Program-made: the position numbers and the translations under genes
Part shown: one piece after another, positions 9,212 through 18,829 of the stretch
Layout of the letters: every line of letters begins with the position of its first letter
Numbering within the stretch: the stretch's first letter is position 1
Origin: Cyanobacteriota bacterium
Lineage (GTDB): Bacteria; Cyanobacteriota; Cyanobacteriia; Cyanobacteriales; Nostocaceae
NCBI GenBank assembly: GCA_046045965.1
Contig: JBJOKS010000019.1
Span: forward strand, 51,361-115,360
Direction of reading: 5' to 3'
DNA length: 64,000 nucleotides
Notes under the pieces: model-generated
The model's database searches: none
What the model saw: the letters and a program-made list of their open reading frames with translations, nothing else
What the model was told of the DNA's origin: nothing

Positions 9212-9577
9212 TTGCAAACAGAACCTATAAAACCACTGCAATGGGTAGGAAGTTCTCTAGAAGACCTCAAAAAATTTCCTGAAGAGGTACAAGGAGAAAT
9301 AGGATATGCGTTATATTTAGCCCAAATGGGTGAAAAACATCCTCATACTAAACCCTTAAAAGGATTTAAAGGAGCAAGTGTATTAGAAGTTGTAGAAGAT
9401 TTTGATGGAGATACCTATAGAGCTATTTATACTGTGAAATTAGCAAAAGCAGTTTATGTTCTTCATGTTTTTCAGAAAAAATCAAAACATGGTATTGCTA
9501 CACCAAAACAAGATATTGATTTGATTGAAGCAAGACTGAAAAAAGCTAAAGAACATCATGATCAAATAAATCAATAA
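9212..9577 (+). CDS. RelE/ParE superfamily toxin (HigB/Gp49-like)
   Basis: KPLQWVGSSLEDL, KPLKGF, DTYRAIYTV, VYVLHVFQKKS; toxin-first order. Confidence 0.88.
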   Translation: MQTEPIKPLQWVGSSLEDLKKFPEEVQGEIGYALYLAQMGEKHPHTKPLKGFKGASVLEVVEDFDGDTYRAIYTVKLAKAVYVLHVFQKKSKHGIATPKQDIDLIEARLKKAKEHHDQINQ

Positions 9578-9591
9578 AACCCAGGAGAATT

Positions 9592-9909
9592 ATGTCAGAA
9601 AATATCGAAATTAAACCCAGTAGTGGTAATGTATTTGCTGATTTAGGATTACCAAATGCTGATGAAATGTTAGTAAAAGCAGAACTAGCTCGGAAAATTA
9701 GTCAAGCTATTACCGCACGGGGATTAACTCAAGTTGAAGCTGCGGAATTATTAGGAATTGATCAACCAAAAGTTTCTGCTTTAATCAGAGGAAGATTAAC
9801 AGGTTTTTCTTTAGAAAGAATGTTTAAATTTCTCAATGCTTTTGATAGTGATATAGAAATTATAGTAAAACCTAAATCTAGTCATAATGCACGGATTATT
9901 GTTAAGTAA
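9592..9909 (+). CDS. XRE-family HTH antitoxin (HigA-like)
   Basis: SSGNVFADLG...LTQVEAAELLGIDQPKVSALIRG..FSLERM. Confidence 0.88.
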   Translation: MSENIEIKPSSGNVFADLGLPNADEMLVKAELARKISQAITARGLTQVEAAELLGIDQPKVSALIRGRLTGFSLERMFKFLNAFDSDIEIIVKPKSSHNARIIVK

Positions 9910-9989
9910 TTTTAGGAAGGAAATCTTTATTGAAATTTGTGATAAAATTAATCTAATTGAATGTTTATTGATATCAACAATACAAACCA

Positions 9990-10193
9990 ATGCAAGCTGA
10001 TAAATATCCATTTGCTGAAGAATTAATTACTGATATTGAAGGTAATATCAGAAAAGTAGTCATGGATTTTCAAGAATACTTACGGTTGCTAGAAGCACTA
10101 GAAGATGAAGGACTTATTTTAGCAATGAAAGAAGTAGAAAATGAAACTCCTTTAAATTTTGATGAAGCATTAGCAGAATTAGAAAAAGAGTGA
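9990..10193 (+). CDS. Putative acidic antitoxin
   Basis: 67 aa, strongly acidic (EYLRLLEALED...FDEALAEL); GTGA overlap with the RelE gene. Confidence 0.75.
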   Translation: MQADKYPFAEELITDIEGNIRKVVMDFQEYLRLLEALEDEGLILAMKEVENETPLNFDEALAELEKE

Positions 10194-10462
10194 ATACCCA
10201 GTATCTACCTAGTTTTATTAAAGACCTAAAAGCACTCAAAAGTACACCTTACTATGAGTCTATTAAAAAGTTTGCTTTTGAAGAAATAATTGAAATATCA
10301 AGTTTTGCAGAAATCACCAATATCAAAAAGCTGCAAGGATATGATAATGCTTATCGTGTTCGTATAGGTGATTATCGTATTGGTGTTATTTTTGATGGTG
10401 AGACATTAATTTTTGAAAGAGTTTTACACCGTAAAGAAATCTATCGTTATTTTCCCAAATAG
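10190..10462 (+). CDS. RelE/StbE family toxin
   Basis: IKKLQG...YRVRIGDYRIG...VLHRKEIYR. Confidence 0.88.
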   Translation: MNTQYLPSFIKDLKALKSTPYYESIKKFAFEEIIEISSFAEITNIKKLQGYDNAYRVRIGDYRIGVIFDGETLIFERVLHRKEIYRYFPK

Positions 10463-10487
10463 ATGCTTTTGTAATAACAGTAAAATT

Positions 10488-11048
10488 ATGAAATTTAAAC
10501 TAATTACACCTCTGAGCTTTTTATTAACAGCTACTCTCGCTTTATTCACATCTATCCACACTCCCAAAGTTACAGCACAACCAGCAACTTTTAATGTTGA
10601 TAATCTTCTCAAATGTGCAGAATATTGTCGTCAACTTCCTACAGATTATAAATATCGAAAGCTTAAAATTACACAAAAACTAATTAATCAATTACCCAAA
10701 TGGAATAATATCTGTCAAAAATTGACAGGTAAGGGTTTATGTGCTGTTGCTAAATCTTATCAGTTTAAAGATGGTCTAATTTATTTAAAAATTCAGGGTA
10801 CTGAGTCTTTTTCCACAGATATTAAGTTTAATTCTGGTATCAGTTCACAACAAGCTGTAAATATTGCCAAACAATCTTTTAATAATGGTGAGTCTTTCCC
10901 AAAAACAGAAAGGTTAAAAAATAGAACTGTTTTATATAGTAATCCCATTGATAATGGTGGAGAGACATTTTATTTACAAGAAACTTACTTGATTTTAAAT
11001 TCCCGAAATCAAGTAAATAGAATAGTTTCAGTATCTACAACTCCTTGA
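10488..11048 (+). CDS. Secreted hypothetical protein
   Basis: ATG 10488 (MKFKLITPLSFLLTATLALF...TAQP signal peptide); 4 Cys in the mature part. Confidence 0.65.
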   Translation: MKFKLITPLSFLLTATLALFTSIHTPKVTAQPATFNVDNLLKCAEYCRQLPTDYKYRKLKITQKLINQLPKWNNICQKLTGKGLCAVAKSYQFKDGLIYLKIQGTESFSTDIKFNSGISSQQAVNIAKQSFNNGESFPKTERLKNRTVLYSNPIDNGGETFYLQETYLILNSRNQVNRIVSVSTTP

Positions 11049-11106
11049 TTTTTTGGGGTTTATGAAGACTAGAGTGAATTTTGATTATCATACTAACAGA
11101 AATTTC

Positions 11107-11883
11107 TCAACTTCCCACCTTTTCCAATAACCATTTTACCGCACTTTCCACATCTGCAACTTGTTCCCCTGGTGGTATAGGTGGACGTTTCACCATCACT
11201 ACTTTTATTCCCATTTCTCGCGCTGCAATAATTTTCGGATAAGTAGCATTTCCCCCGCTATTTTTACTCACAATAGTATCAATATGATAATCTGTTAAAA
11301 TTTCCCTTTCATCCTCTAAAGAAAAGGGTCCTCTATCAAATAACATTAAACCAGGAGGTATCACCACATCAGCATTTGGTGGGTCTATCATTCGCATTAA
11401 AAACCACATTTCCTGTAAATGAGAAAAAGCAGATATTTCTTGTCTACCAATAGTTAAAAAAACCCGTTTTGTTTGATGTTTGAAAAGTTGATTTTCTAAC
11501 GCTTGATTTTCTAAAGCCGTGGCTGCTTCTGTATTATTTTTTACCTCAATCCAAATATCACCCGCTTGTTTTTCCCAAGGGGAACGATTTACTAATAATC
11601 TAGGAATACCCGTTTCCGTTGCTGCTGCTGCTGCATTCCAGGAGATATGATTAGCAAAGGGATGAGTAGCATCAATTAACACATCTATTTTTTGATGTTT
11701 TAAATATTCAACCAAACCCGTAACACCACCAAAACCGCCAATGCGAACATTACCAACAGGTGCAACAGGTTCACGGGTACGACCGGCTAAAGATGCGATC
11801 GCCTCAACTCCAGTAATTTTGCTTATTCTTGCTGTCAATTCTGCTGCATCACCAGTACCACCGAGAATCAAAACGCGCAACAT
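11107..11883 (-). CDS. cobK: Precorrin-6A / cobalt-precorrin-6A reductase
   Basis: Motifs ILGGTGDA, SLAGRT, GGFGG, IDATHPFA and VSKNSGG. Confidence 0.93.
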   Translation of the reverse strand: MLRVLILGGTGDAAELTARISKITGVEAIASLAGRTREPVAPVGNVRIGGFGGVTGLVEYLKHQKIDVLIDATHPFANHISWNAAAAATETGIPRLLVNRSPWEKQAGDIWIEVKNNTEAATALENQALENQLFKHQTKRVFLTIGRQEISAFSHLQEMWFLMRMIDPPNADVVIPPGLMLFDRGPFSLEDEREILTDYHIDTIVSKNSGGNATYPKIIAAREMGIKVVMVKRPPIPPGEQVADVESAVKWLLEKVGS

Positions 11884-11947
11884 AGCAATTTTGGATTTTA
11901 GATTTTAGATTATGAATTATAAAACATATCTAAATTAGATAAAACTC

Positions 11948-11974
11948 TTGTGGGGTGGGCATCTTGCCCGCCCT
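11948..11974. repeat. REP-like short palindrome (related copy at about 49093-49120)
   Basis: AAAACTCTTGTGGGGTGGGCATCTTGCCCGCCC here and AAAACTCTTGTGGGATAAGCATCTTGCCTGTCCC at 49087. Confidence 0.65.
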
Positions 11975-11982
11975 AAGCTGAT

Positions 11983-12375
11983 TTAATTAACTGATAAAGA
12001 CGGAATTCTGGCTAAAATTCCCTTTTTCAAAGGTTCAGGACGTTCTGACCAAGGTAAAACACCATCAGGCTTATTGTAGTATTTACTTGCACATTCCAGC
12101 ACAGCTTCAGCACAACCCTCAACCGGCAAATCACCAAATAAATAAGTTAACTTCCCTTGACCAGCAAAAGCTACCACACAAGAACGGTTACAAGCACTCA
12201 TACATTCAACTTCTTGGATGGGGAACTGATCCCGTAAATGCCAATTTTGCGCGACTTGTTGAATTTCTTGTAAAAGTTTTTGACCACCACTTTCACCGAC
12301 ACGCTTACCATCTTGCCAAACACTAGCGCAGGTTTTACACACAAATAAACTATGAGCAGTTACATCAGTAGTCAT
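11983..12375 (-). CDS. DUF1636 family metal-binding protein (thioredoxin-like)
   Basis: LFVCKTC...VECMSACNRSCVVAF...KLTYLFGDL...PWSERPEPLKKGILARIP. Confidence 0.8.
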   Translation of the reverse strand: MTTDVTAHSLFVCKTCASVWQDGKRVGESGGQKLLQEIQQVAQNWHLRDQFPIQEVECMSACNRSCVVAFAGQGKLTYLFGDLPVEGCAEAVLECASKYYNKPDGVLPWSERPEPLKKGILARIPSLSVN

Positions 12376-12516
12376 CCCTATCCTCGCAGATTTTCACAAT
12401 TTTCTATTATAAATCCCCAACTGCTTTGAGAAGTCGATATTTACCCATCACCAATTACCAATTACCAATTACCCGCCAAACAGATATGATAGCTATACAA
12501 ACAAACATGATATGAG

Positions 12517-13011
12517 TTAAAATCTTAAACCCACACCACCCTGCAAAGATAAAGCCGTACCTCCACCATTACGATAAGCATCAAAAGCAATAATAGCGTT
12601 ACCAAAAATCACCGTATTACTATTAGGAACAACATAATCAATTCCTGGTTGCAAAGCAAAACTTATTTTATTACCTACAGGGGAAGGAGTATCACCACTG
12701 GTTAATACTATTCCAGCACCCAAATAAACATCAGTTTGCCAGTTGAGGGGCAGATCATAAGAAACGGTAGGTACTACTGCTGTAGCTTGACCAATTAAAG
12801 CTTGAGCGCGGAAAGATACAGGACTTTCTAGTAACTTGTAGCGAACAGCTAAAACTCCCCCAAGTTGAGTACCTTCACTTAGTCCAACCGCCGGACCAAT
12901 ACCTACATAGCTACCATAAGCGACTTGAGCCTGTGCAGGTTGACTATTGATAAACAAACTTAAAACCGCACCAGTCCCCAGAACTGCAACTAAATATTGA
13001 ATAAGCTTCAT
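12517..13011 (-). CDS. Small outer-membrane beta-barrel-like protein
   Basis: Signal peptide (PAQA), amphipathic beta strands and C-terminal GGVGLRF. Confidence 0.7.
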   Translation of the reverse strand: MKLIQYLVAVLGTGAVLSLFINSQPAQAQVAYGSYVGIGPAVGLSEGTQLGGVLAVRYKLLESPVSFRAQALIGQATAVVPTVSYDLPLNWQTDVYLGAGIVLTSGDTPSPVGNKISFALQPGIDYVVPNSNTVIFGNAIIAFDAYRNGGGTALSLQGGVGLRF

Positions 13012-13059
13012 TACCCTACTCCTGACACCATCTAAATAAATATGTTACCAATATTGCTG

Positions 13060-13188
13060 ATTGGTAATTGGTAATTGGTAATTGGTAATTGGTAATTGGT
13101 AATTGGTAATAAATTCATTCTTCCCAGTCCCCAGTCCCCAGTCCCCAGTCCCCAGTCCCCAGTCCCCAGTCCCCAGTCCCCAGTCCCC
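13060..13188. repeat. STRR heptamer arrays (ATTGGTA)n and (CCCCAGT)n
   Basis: About 7 copies at 13060-13110 and about 9 copies at 13123-13188. An inverse (CCAATTA)n lies at 12450-12473. Confidence 0.95.
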
Positions 13189-13191
13189 TAA

Positions 13192-15312
13192 CTATGGACA
13201 ACGGGAATGAATACCACCCTTAGTACAAATGAAAGCTAATTGCTGGGCATCTAAATTCTTAGCATTGCTAAAATCTACACCTTGAACTATAGCTGCTTGT
13301 GAACCGAGATCGGAAGTTTCCACAAACCTATCTCCGGGATCTTGCTTACCAGGAAAGAGAATAGTACCTTGAAAATCAGCACCATCCAAATTTGCTCCCC
13401 GTAAGTCTGCACGACTAATATCAGCATTCCGCAGGTTGGCGTTTTTCATGTTGGCCGAGCGTAAAACAGCACCAGCAAGACGAGCTGCACTGAAGTTAGC
13501 ATTGCTGAGATTAGCATTATTCAAATAAGCTTCAGATAAATCTGCTCCTTGCCAGTTGGTATTAATTAAATTGGCATGAGATAATTGTGTACCTATAGCA
13601 GAAACTCTAGCTAACTGAGCAGCATACAAATCTGCTTCTATTAAATTTGCGTCGCTAATATCTGCCCCTGTTAAAATCGCATCTTCCAAAATTGCCTTTT
13701 GTAAATCGCTACCTATGAGTTGGGTACTGCTGAGGTTAGCACCCACTAACCGAGCATTAGATAAGTTAGCTTTGTTCAGGGTGGCGCGGCTTAAATCGCT
13801 GCGGTTCATCATCACACGACTGAGATTTGTCTCACTGAGATTGGCTTGCTTGAGTTCAGTTTTACTTAAATCGGCGATGACATCATCATAGGTATCCCAA
13901 CGCCCATCTTCACCTGCACTGCGGAAGCGACTAGCTTTGAGACTGGCTTGGTTGAGATTGGCAGATTTAAACAGAACGCCTGATAAATCTGCATTTTCTA
14001 GTACCAAGTTAAATACAGAACTTTCCTCAGCATTTTTTGGACCGAGTTGGATGCTACTTAAATCAATGTTATTAATTTTGCCGCTATAAACAGTCAAAAT
14101 TTTGTTTATTGCCTGTTGGTTAAGGTTTAACTGTTGTTGTCGAATATTGCGAACACTACCACCTGATTCCAGTTCTCCTGTGAGAAACTGATTCATACGT
14201 TTTAATTCTGGTAAAGCTTGGGGTCCGATATTTGACAATGCCTGTTGAATAGTATCGAGGATGCTGGGGTCAGTTTCCTTCACCAGTAAATCTACTAAAT
14301 ATTTGATGGACTGTGTATCATTAATTCCCCCCAAGGCGAGAATTGCCCTTTGGCGTTCTTCGTTGGAGACACCAGAGTTGGGATTAATTTCTTTGACGAG
14401 TTCGAGAAACTTTTGACTGTTGATCAGCTGTGTTTTCCGTAGGCTTTCTTGGTTTTGGATGTAAATTTGTGTGCCTACTAAAGTTGACAACACAGCGATC
14501 ATACTTGTTACCCCAACTACAGACAAAGTGAAATTGGGGTTGCTGAATATTTTCAGTTTGGGGATTGACCACTGACTAGATGTAGTTAGCTGTTGCTCAT
14601 TTTCTGGTTGTGGTTGCTCGCTGGTATTTTCTACAGGTGTTTTTATCGGTTTGTTGATGTCTTTGACATCTATGGTGTATGTACCTGCTAATTGATCATG
14701 GAAAGCACGACGACGCTTTTGGGAAGTCCAGCCCATGCCTTCACCTAACACCAGCACTAGAGCTAAAAATGTAAATAGACCTAAATTGGGAAAAGCAAAG
14801 CTGTAGCGCCACAGGATATAAGCAATGGACACTGGAGCAGTCCAGCGTCCTAGCCCTTCACGAACTACAGCAGCCCTTAAACCAGGGGCTTGACCTTCCT
14901 CATCAACTACCCGCACCCCAAACCAACGCTTGGGAATGGTGCTGCCTGTTTTACCCAGTAAATACAACTGCCAACCGGAGAGGGTGAGAGGTGTTAAGAG
15001 GGCGATAGTCCATAAAAAATTAGTGGGACTGGCAACATTCCGAATGCCATAACTAACTGGTAGTGCTAAAGGCCTAGCGATCGCTCTTTCTGTGAGTACC
15101 AGCACTGGGTTGAGGGGTACTCTTTGAATATCGCTGCGAGAATTGGCATAAACACCGATGCCAAAGGGAATTAACCCACTGGCTACTACTAATGTGATTT
15201 CTGCTGCCCAAGCGGCTAAACGCCTTGTTCCCAAGGGCAAAGATTTAGCTTTTTGCGGTTTTTGGGACTTGCTAGATTGATCAATATTTCTCCTCACAGT
15301 TGGGGTCGTCAT
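13192..15312 (-). CDS. hglK: RDD-domain membrane protein with pentapeptide repeats, HglK-like (heterocyst glycolipid localisation)
   Basis: N-terminal RRLAAWAAE/RDD-like TM region, a HEAT-like segment, and a long A(D/N)LxxA pentapeptide tract; 706 aa. Confidence 0.7.
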   Translation of the reverse strand: MTTPTVRRNIDQSSKSQKPQKAKSLPLGTRRLAAWAAEITLVVASGLIPFGIGVYANSRSDIQRVPLNPVLVLTERAIARPLALPVSYGIRNVASPTNFLWTIALLTPLTLSGWQLYLLGKTGSTIPKRWFGVRVVDEEGQAPGLRAAVVREGLGRWTAPVSIAYILWRYSFAFPNLGLFTFLALVLVLGEGMGWTSQKRRRAFHDQLAGTYTIDVKDINKPIKTPVENTSEQPQPENEQQLTTSSQWSIPKLKIFSNPNFTLSVVGVTSMIAVLSTLVGTQIYIQNQESLRKTQLINSQKFLELVKEINPNSGVSNEERQRAILALGGINDTQSIKYLVDLLVKETDPSILDTIQQALSNIGPQALPELKRMNQFLTGELESGGSVRNIRQQQLNLNQQAINKILTVYSGKINNIDLSSIQLGPKNAEESSVFNLVLENADLSGVLFKSANLNQASLKASRFRSAGEDGRWDTYDDVIADLSKTELKQANLSETNLSRVMMNRSDLSRATLNKANLSNARLVGANLSSTQLIGSDLQKAILEDAILTGADISDANLIEADLYAAQLARVSAIGTQLSHANLINTNWQGADLSEAYLNNANLSNANFSAARLAGAVLRSANMKNANLRNADISRADLRGANLDGADFQGTILFPGKQDPGDRFVETSDLGSQAAIVQGVDFSNAKNLDAQQLAFICTKGGIHSRCP

Positions 15313-15497
15313 TGCATCATTTCCCTTTGATTCTATGTTTACGCCAATCTCGGCGCGGTTAAAATAAATGTAAGCATTCAGCTATCAGCCATCAGCAGTC
15401 AGCTTTTTCCGGCTTACGCCAAAAATACCTATTTGATAATTAACCAATTTCTCAAACATTCTGACTCCTGACTCCTGAATTCTTACAAATAAATAGG

Positions 15498-15842
15498 CTA
15501 TTGCTTACGTTGCAAGCTGTTAGACACCAAAAATTTGTATCCAAGATACACTAACCCTGCCAATAGTGCCAGACTGATCACAGATGCTACCAGTCTAAAT
15601 ACTGTTTGCAGTACCAATATGCCCAAAACTATTACTACACTGGCAACGGCAAGTTTTTTCATTCCTGATAACCCTTGAAACCAAATTTGCGATCGCTCTA
15701 AATGCCGATTTAATTTGGCAAAAACACTCTGATTTGTCTGTTTTTGCGTCTCTGGTTGGTTGAGGTTTGGGCTAAATGAATTCATTTCCGCCTCTAATTG
15801 TTGGAGGCGACGTTGCAAGTCTTCTTCAGGTTGAGAATTCAT
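15498..15842 (-). CDS. Conserved-type hypothetical membrane protein
   Basis: N-terminal coiled coil (EDLQRRLQQLEAE), two C-terminal TM helices, GAGG SD. Confidence 0.7.
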   Translation of the reverse strand: MNSQPEEDLQRRLQQLEAEMNSFSPNLNQPETQKQTNQSVFAKLNRHLERSQIWFQGLSGMKKLAVASVVIVLGILVLQTVFRLVASVISLALLAGLVYLGYKFLVSNSLQRKQ

Positions 15843-16311
15843 GATTTTTTACCTCATCTCTAACGCTGGTTCTACAACCGACTAACTATATATAGCAGGT
15901 GACAGGTGACAGGTGACAGAGTTGAAAGCCTTTTTGTGTTTAGCTTTTATAAAGAAATCGAGCGAACCAAAACCTCCGAGATCAAGTATCGGAGCGTGGT
16001 GGAGATATTTTATCGTGCTTTAGACGGTGGATGTAGGCGAGCGCAAAGCCCTACTTATCTATCTCTAAACGTCTGTAAGGAAGGAAAATAATGTATCTTG
16101 ACCTATAGCCAGAATTTTCTACTTATCCAGTGTCACTTCAGGATCTTTTCATCCTGAGTTATAAATTTACACAATTCCCAAATCAGAATTAAATAAAAAT
16201 CCCTAAAAATTTATACTTCTAACTTGGGAACAAAAACCCTTTCTCTGGTTCTAATAATCCAGAATATATATCACTTTATTTATCTATCAAAAGCTGGGAG
16301 CATGAATAAAA

Positions 16312-16743
16312 ATGAAGACATTAAAACTACTGACTTTTGTTCCCGCAACTTTACTAATGAGTTTGTTATTTAACCAACCTATTTTGGCACAGACTCCATT
16401 TATCCCAATTAATAACCAACTCCCGACAGATCCACTTGTTGTCAATGGCACATCTGGGGGAACAGTCCAGAGTAATTGCGGGAATATTACCACTCAACCT
16501 AGTCAAGTTCTTCAGGTACAAGAATCTTTACCTTATTTACGCTTAACAGTTGAGGGACAGGGACAGCCTACAATGTTGATTGATGGACCTGGAGGGCGCT
16601 TTTGTGTGTTGGCAGATAACTACTCTGCAAATAAACCCGAACTTGCTGGTTTCTGGCAACTTGGCAACTACTTGGTCTATGTAGGCAATTTATCGCCAGG
16701 ACAGTATAATTATACTCTTTCTATTTCCCAACAAAAGAAGTGA
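16312..16743 (+). CDS. Secreted hypothetical protein (beta-sandwich/PPC-like)
   Basis: Signal peptide; CG...PTMLIDGPGGRFC...GNYLVYVG...YTLSISQ. Confidence 0.7.
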   Translation: MKTLKLLTFVPATLLMSLLFNQPILAQTPFIPINNQLPTDPLVVNGTSGGTVQSNCGNITTQPSQVLQVQESLPYLRLTVEGQGQPTMLIDGPGGRFCVLADNYSANKPELAGFWQLGNYLVYVGNLSPGQYNYTLSISQQKK

Positions 16744-16811
16744 GGTGATTGGGGACCCTTGACTGGGGACTGGTGATAGGTGGCAGGATCTTCCCGTCTT
16801 CCCACACTCTA

Positions 16812-17567
16812 TTAAAACAATGCCATGACCGCAGCGGGAGAACCTGAACCACCACGCAGTCTGAGAATACCAATTACTAGGGTAGCGCCTTGGGGTGGTA
16901 GTTGATCCAAATTGGTGAGGTTTTCTAAGACAATACGTGGTTTTGCTAATACCAAACGATTAGTAGTAAAATTTGTATCTTGTCCAGAGTCTACGCCGTG
17001 GGTATCAATTCCCACTCCAGCAATTTTTCTTTCTGTAATTAAAAACTGGGTTGCATCATTGCCAAACCCTGGAAAGTGCATATTTCCATCTGCATCTTGA
17101 TTCAAAAATGCGTTTTTATCCAGCCATTTAGTTTGCCAACCCGTATAAAGTAATACGATACATTCAGCGGAAATAGTCCCAAATTCTGCTTCCCATGCCA
17201 AAATATCAGCTACAGTTAAAAGATAATCAGCATTCTCTGTTGCTTGTTGAGAAATATCTATAACTACCGCAGGTACTACCAAAGACTGAGCGGAATATTC
17301 GTCAATGCTAATACCGTTACCGTGAAAACTATTAGGGGCATTGATATGAGTAGCACTATGTTCCCCTAAAGAAAAACGTCGCAGATAATAGCCATCATCT
17401 TGTAGTTCAGCGACAGTAGTAAATTTAACGGTTGGATCACCTGGCCATTGTGGTATACCTATGTCAATTAAATGACTCAGGTGGATAACACGGGAGTAGG
17501 CGATATTGTTTGGCTGCTGGTTGTGTATAATAGCTTTCCTCACTTGTTGGGGTACTGCTATTATCAT
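16812..17567 (-). CDS. Cyclase family protein (kynurenine formamidase-like metal-dependent hydrolase)
   Basis: GEHSATHINAP, HFPGF, GVGIDT, ENLTNL and GSGSPA. Probable ATG 17567 with a GGGGA SD. Confidence 0.85.
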   Translation of the reverse strand: MIIAVPQQVRKAIIHNQQPNNIAYSRVIHLSHLIDIGIPQWPGDPTVKFTTVAELQDDGYYLRRFSLGEHSATHINAPNSFHGNGISIDEYSAQSLVVPAVVIDISQQATENADYLLTVADILAWEAEFGTISAECIVLLYTGWQTKWLDKNAFLNQDADGNMHFPGFGNDATQFLITERKIAGVGIDTHGVDSGQDTNFTTNRLVLAKPRIVLENLTNLDQLPPQGATLVIGILRLRGGSGSPAAVMALF

Positions 17568-17659
17568 AAAATAATCCCCCAATTCCTGTAAATACCAGGT
17601 CAGTTGGGGGTTTAAAATGTTGCAGCAAAAAGTGAATTTAACCTTAGTTAACACCTGAA

Positions 17660-17700
17660 AGGTTAACTTTTGACAAGCATTAGGTTAAGCTTAGGTAAAA
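17660..17700 (-). promoter_or_regulatory. Candidate Pho box (SphR/PhoB site)
   Basis: Minus strand TTTTACCT-aag-CTTAACCT-aat-gcttgtca-aaa-GTTAACCT, units in 11-bp phase. Confidence 0.5.
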
Positions 17701-17751
17701 ACATACGCACATTAGTCATTGGTCATTAGTAAAATTCTTATCTGTCACCTA

Positions 17752-18735
17752 TTACCTATGTTCAATCATGGGAAATTTTTCAAAGTTGCGTTTTACCCAA
17801 TCCATACCTATTTCGTTATTTAATTTTATATGTTGAGGAATGTTGGGATAAAGTTTACCTAAAATATCAACATCTTGTTCAACGATTACTTCTGCTAGAC
17901 GGACAAAGTTTTTCTTGATTAAATGGGCAATAGGATTTTTAACTTTACCATAAACTAAAACATAGGTGCGTGTATGGGTTGCTGATTCGGGAACAAAGAA
18001 ATGAATTTGTTTAACACTAGCAACAGGACTTTCACCATGTACAACAACAAAACTAGGAAAGAAATTTTCTAAATGGGCGTTTATTGTGTTGGGAATTGCT
18101 AACAGTCCAGGATTTTTGAGTAGGTCATTTAATTTGTGTTTTTTTCTGATTAAATCAAAGTAAGCATGGGCGTGATGTCCGTTATCAATAAATTGTTTAA
18201 AGTCTACTTTCTCAATTTCAAATAATGGACGATGTGTACCATTTTGATGATCGTAATCGTGCATATTTAATAGCATTGTCAGCAGTTCGGTTTTAACGCT
18301 GAAGTTTTTTGTATGTCCCAAAAATTCATATTCGGCGGCAAAATCTTTTAGAATTGTGGGGATGTTAATTTTCGGTTCATATCCACCATAAGTCCAGATA
18401 AAATCCCCTTGAATAATTAACTCTAATGGTTGGAGTAAGGGTTTTGTTTGTTTATTACTATTTGGTAAAACTGTACAACCTGTGCTATCAAATTCTAAAG
18501 CATGAAATGGACAAACTACTGTACTACTACCATCGGACTTTGTCACACACCAACCTTCTGAAAGCATTGCACCTAAATGGGGACAGGCATTAGGTAAACA
18601 ACTAATTTTACCTGTTTGATCTTGCCAGATGACGTAATCTTTCCCATACAGGGAAATTTTAAAGGGCTGATTTGGTTGCAGCATGGAACGATGAGCCAAT
18701 AACCAAGGTGCGCCTTGTAACATGGTCATAAACAA
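17752..18735 (-). CDS. Rieske [2Fe-2S] non-heme iron oxygenase
   Basis: CPHLG...CPFH Rieske ligands; NMHDYDHQNGTH mononuclear iron motif. Confidence 0.88.
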   Translation of the reverse strand: MFMTMLQGAPWLLAHRSMLQPNQPFKISLYGKDYVIWQDQTGKISCLPNACPHLGAMLSEGWCVTKSDGSSTVVCPFHALEFDSTGCTVLPNSNKQTKPLLQPLELIIQGDFIWTYGGYEPKINIPTILKDFAAEYEFLGHTKNFSVKTELLTMLLNMHDYDHQNGTHRPLFEIEKVDFKQFIDNGHHAHAYFDLIRKKHKLNDLLKNPGLLAIPNTINAHLENFFPSFVVVHGESPVASVKQIHFFVPESATHTRTYVLVYGKVKNPIAHLIKKNFVRLAEVIVEQDVDILGKLYPNIPQHIKLNNEIGMDWVKRNFEKFPMIEHR

Positions 18736-18748
18736 CCTCTAATTTAAT

Positions 18749-18766
18749 TAACTAATTTTTTAGTTA
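18749..18766. promoter_or_regulatory. Putative TetR operator
   Basis: Perfect TAACTAA-TTTT-TTAGTTA in the 94-bp divergent gap between the Rieske and TetR genes. Confidence 0.6.
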
Positions 18767-18829
18767 GTTTAACAATAGAGTGAGATTGCTGTCAACTATT
18801 GTTAGGATGTAGGAGTAATAGATAACAAA

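Noticed and set aside
8657..11106. Integron cassette array
   Set aside because: No shared attC-like repeat between the small genes and no integrase.
12376..12516. Cobalamin riboswitch upstream of DUF1636-cobK
   Set aside because: The gap is short, partly STRR, and lacks recognisable B12-box motifs.
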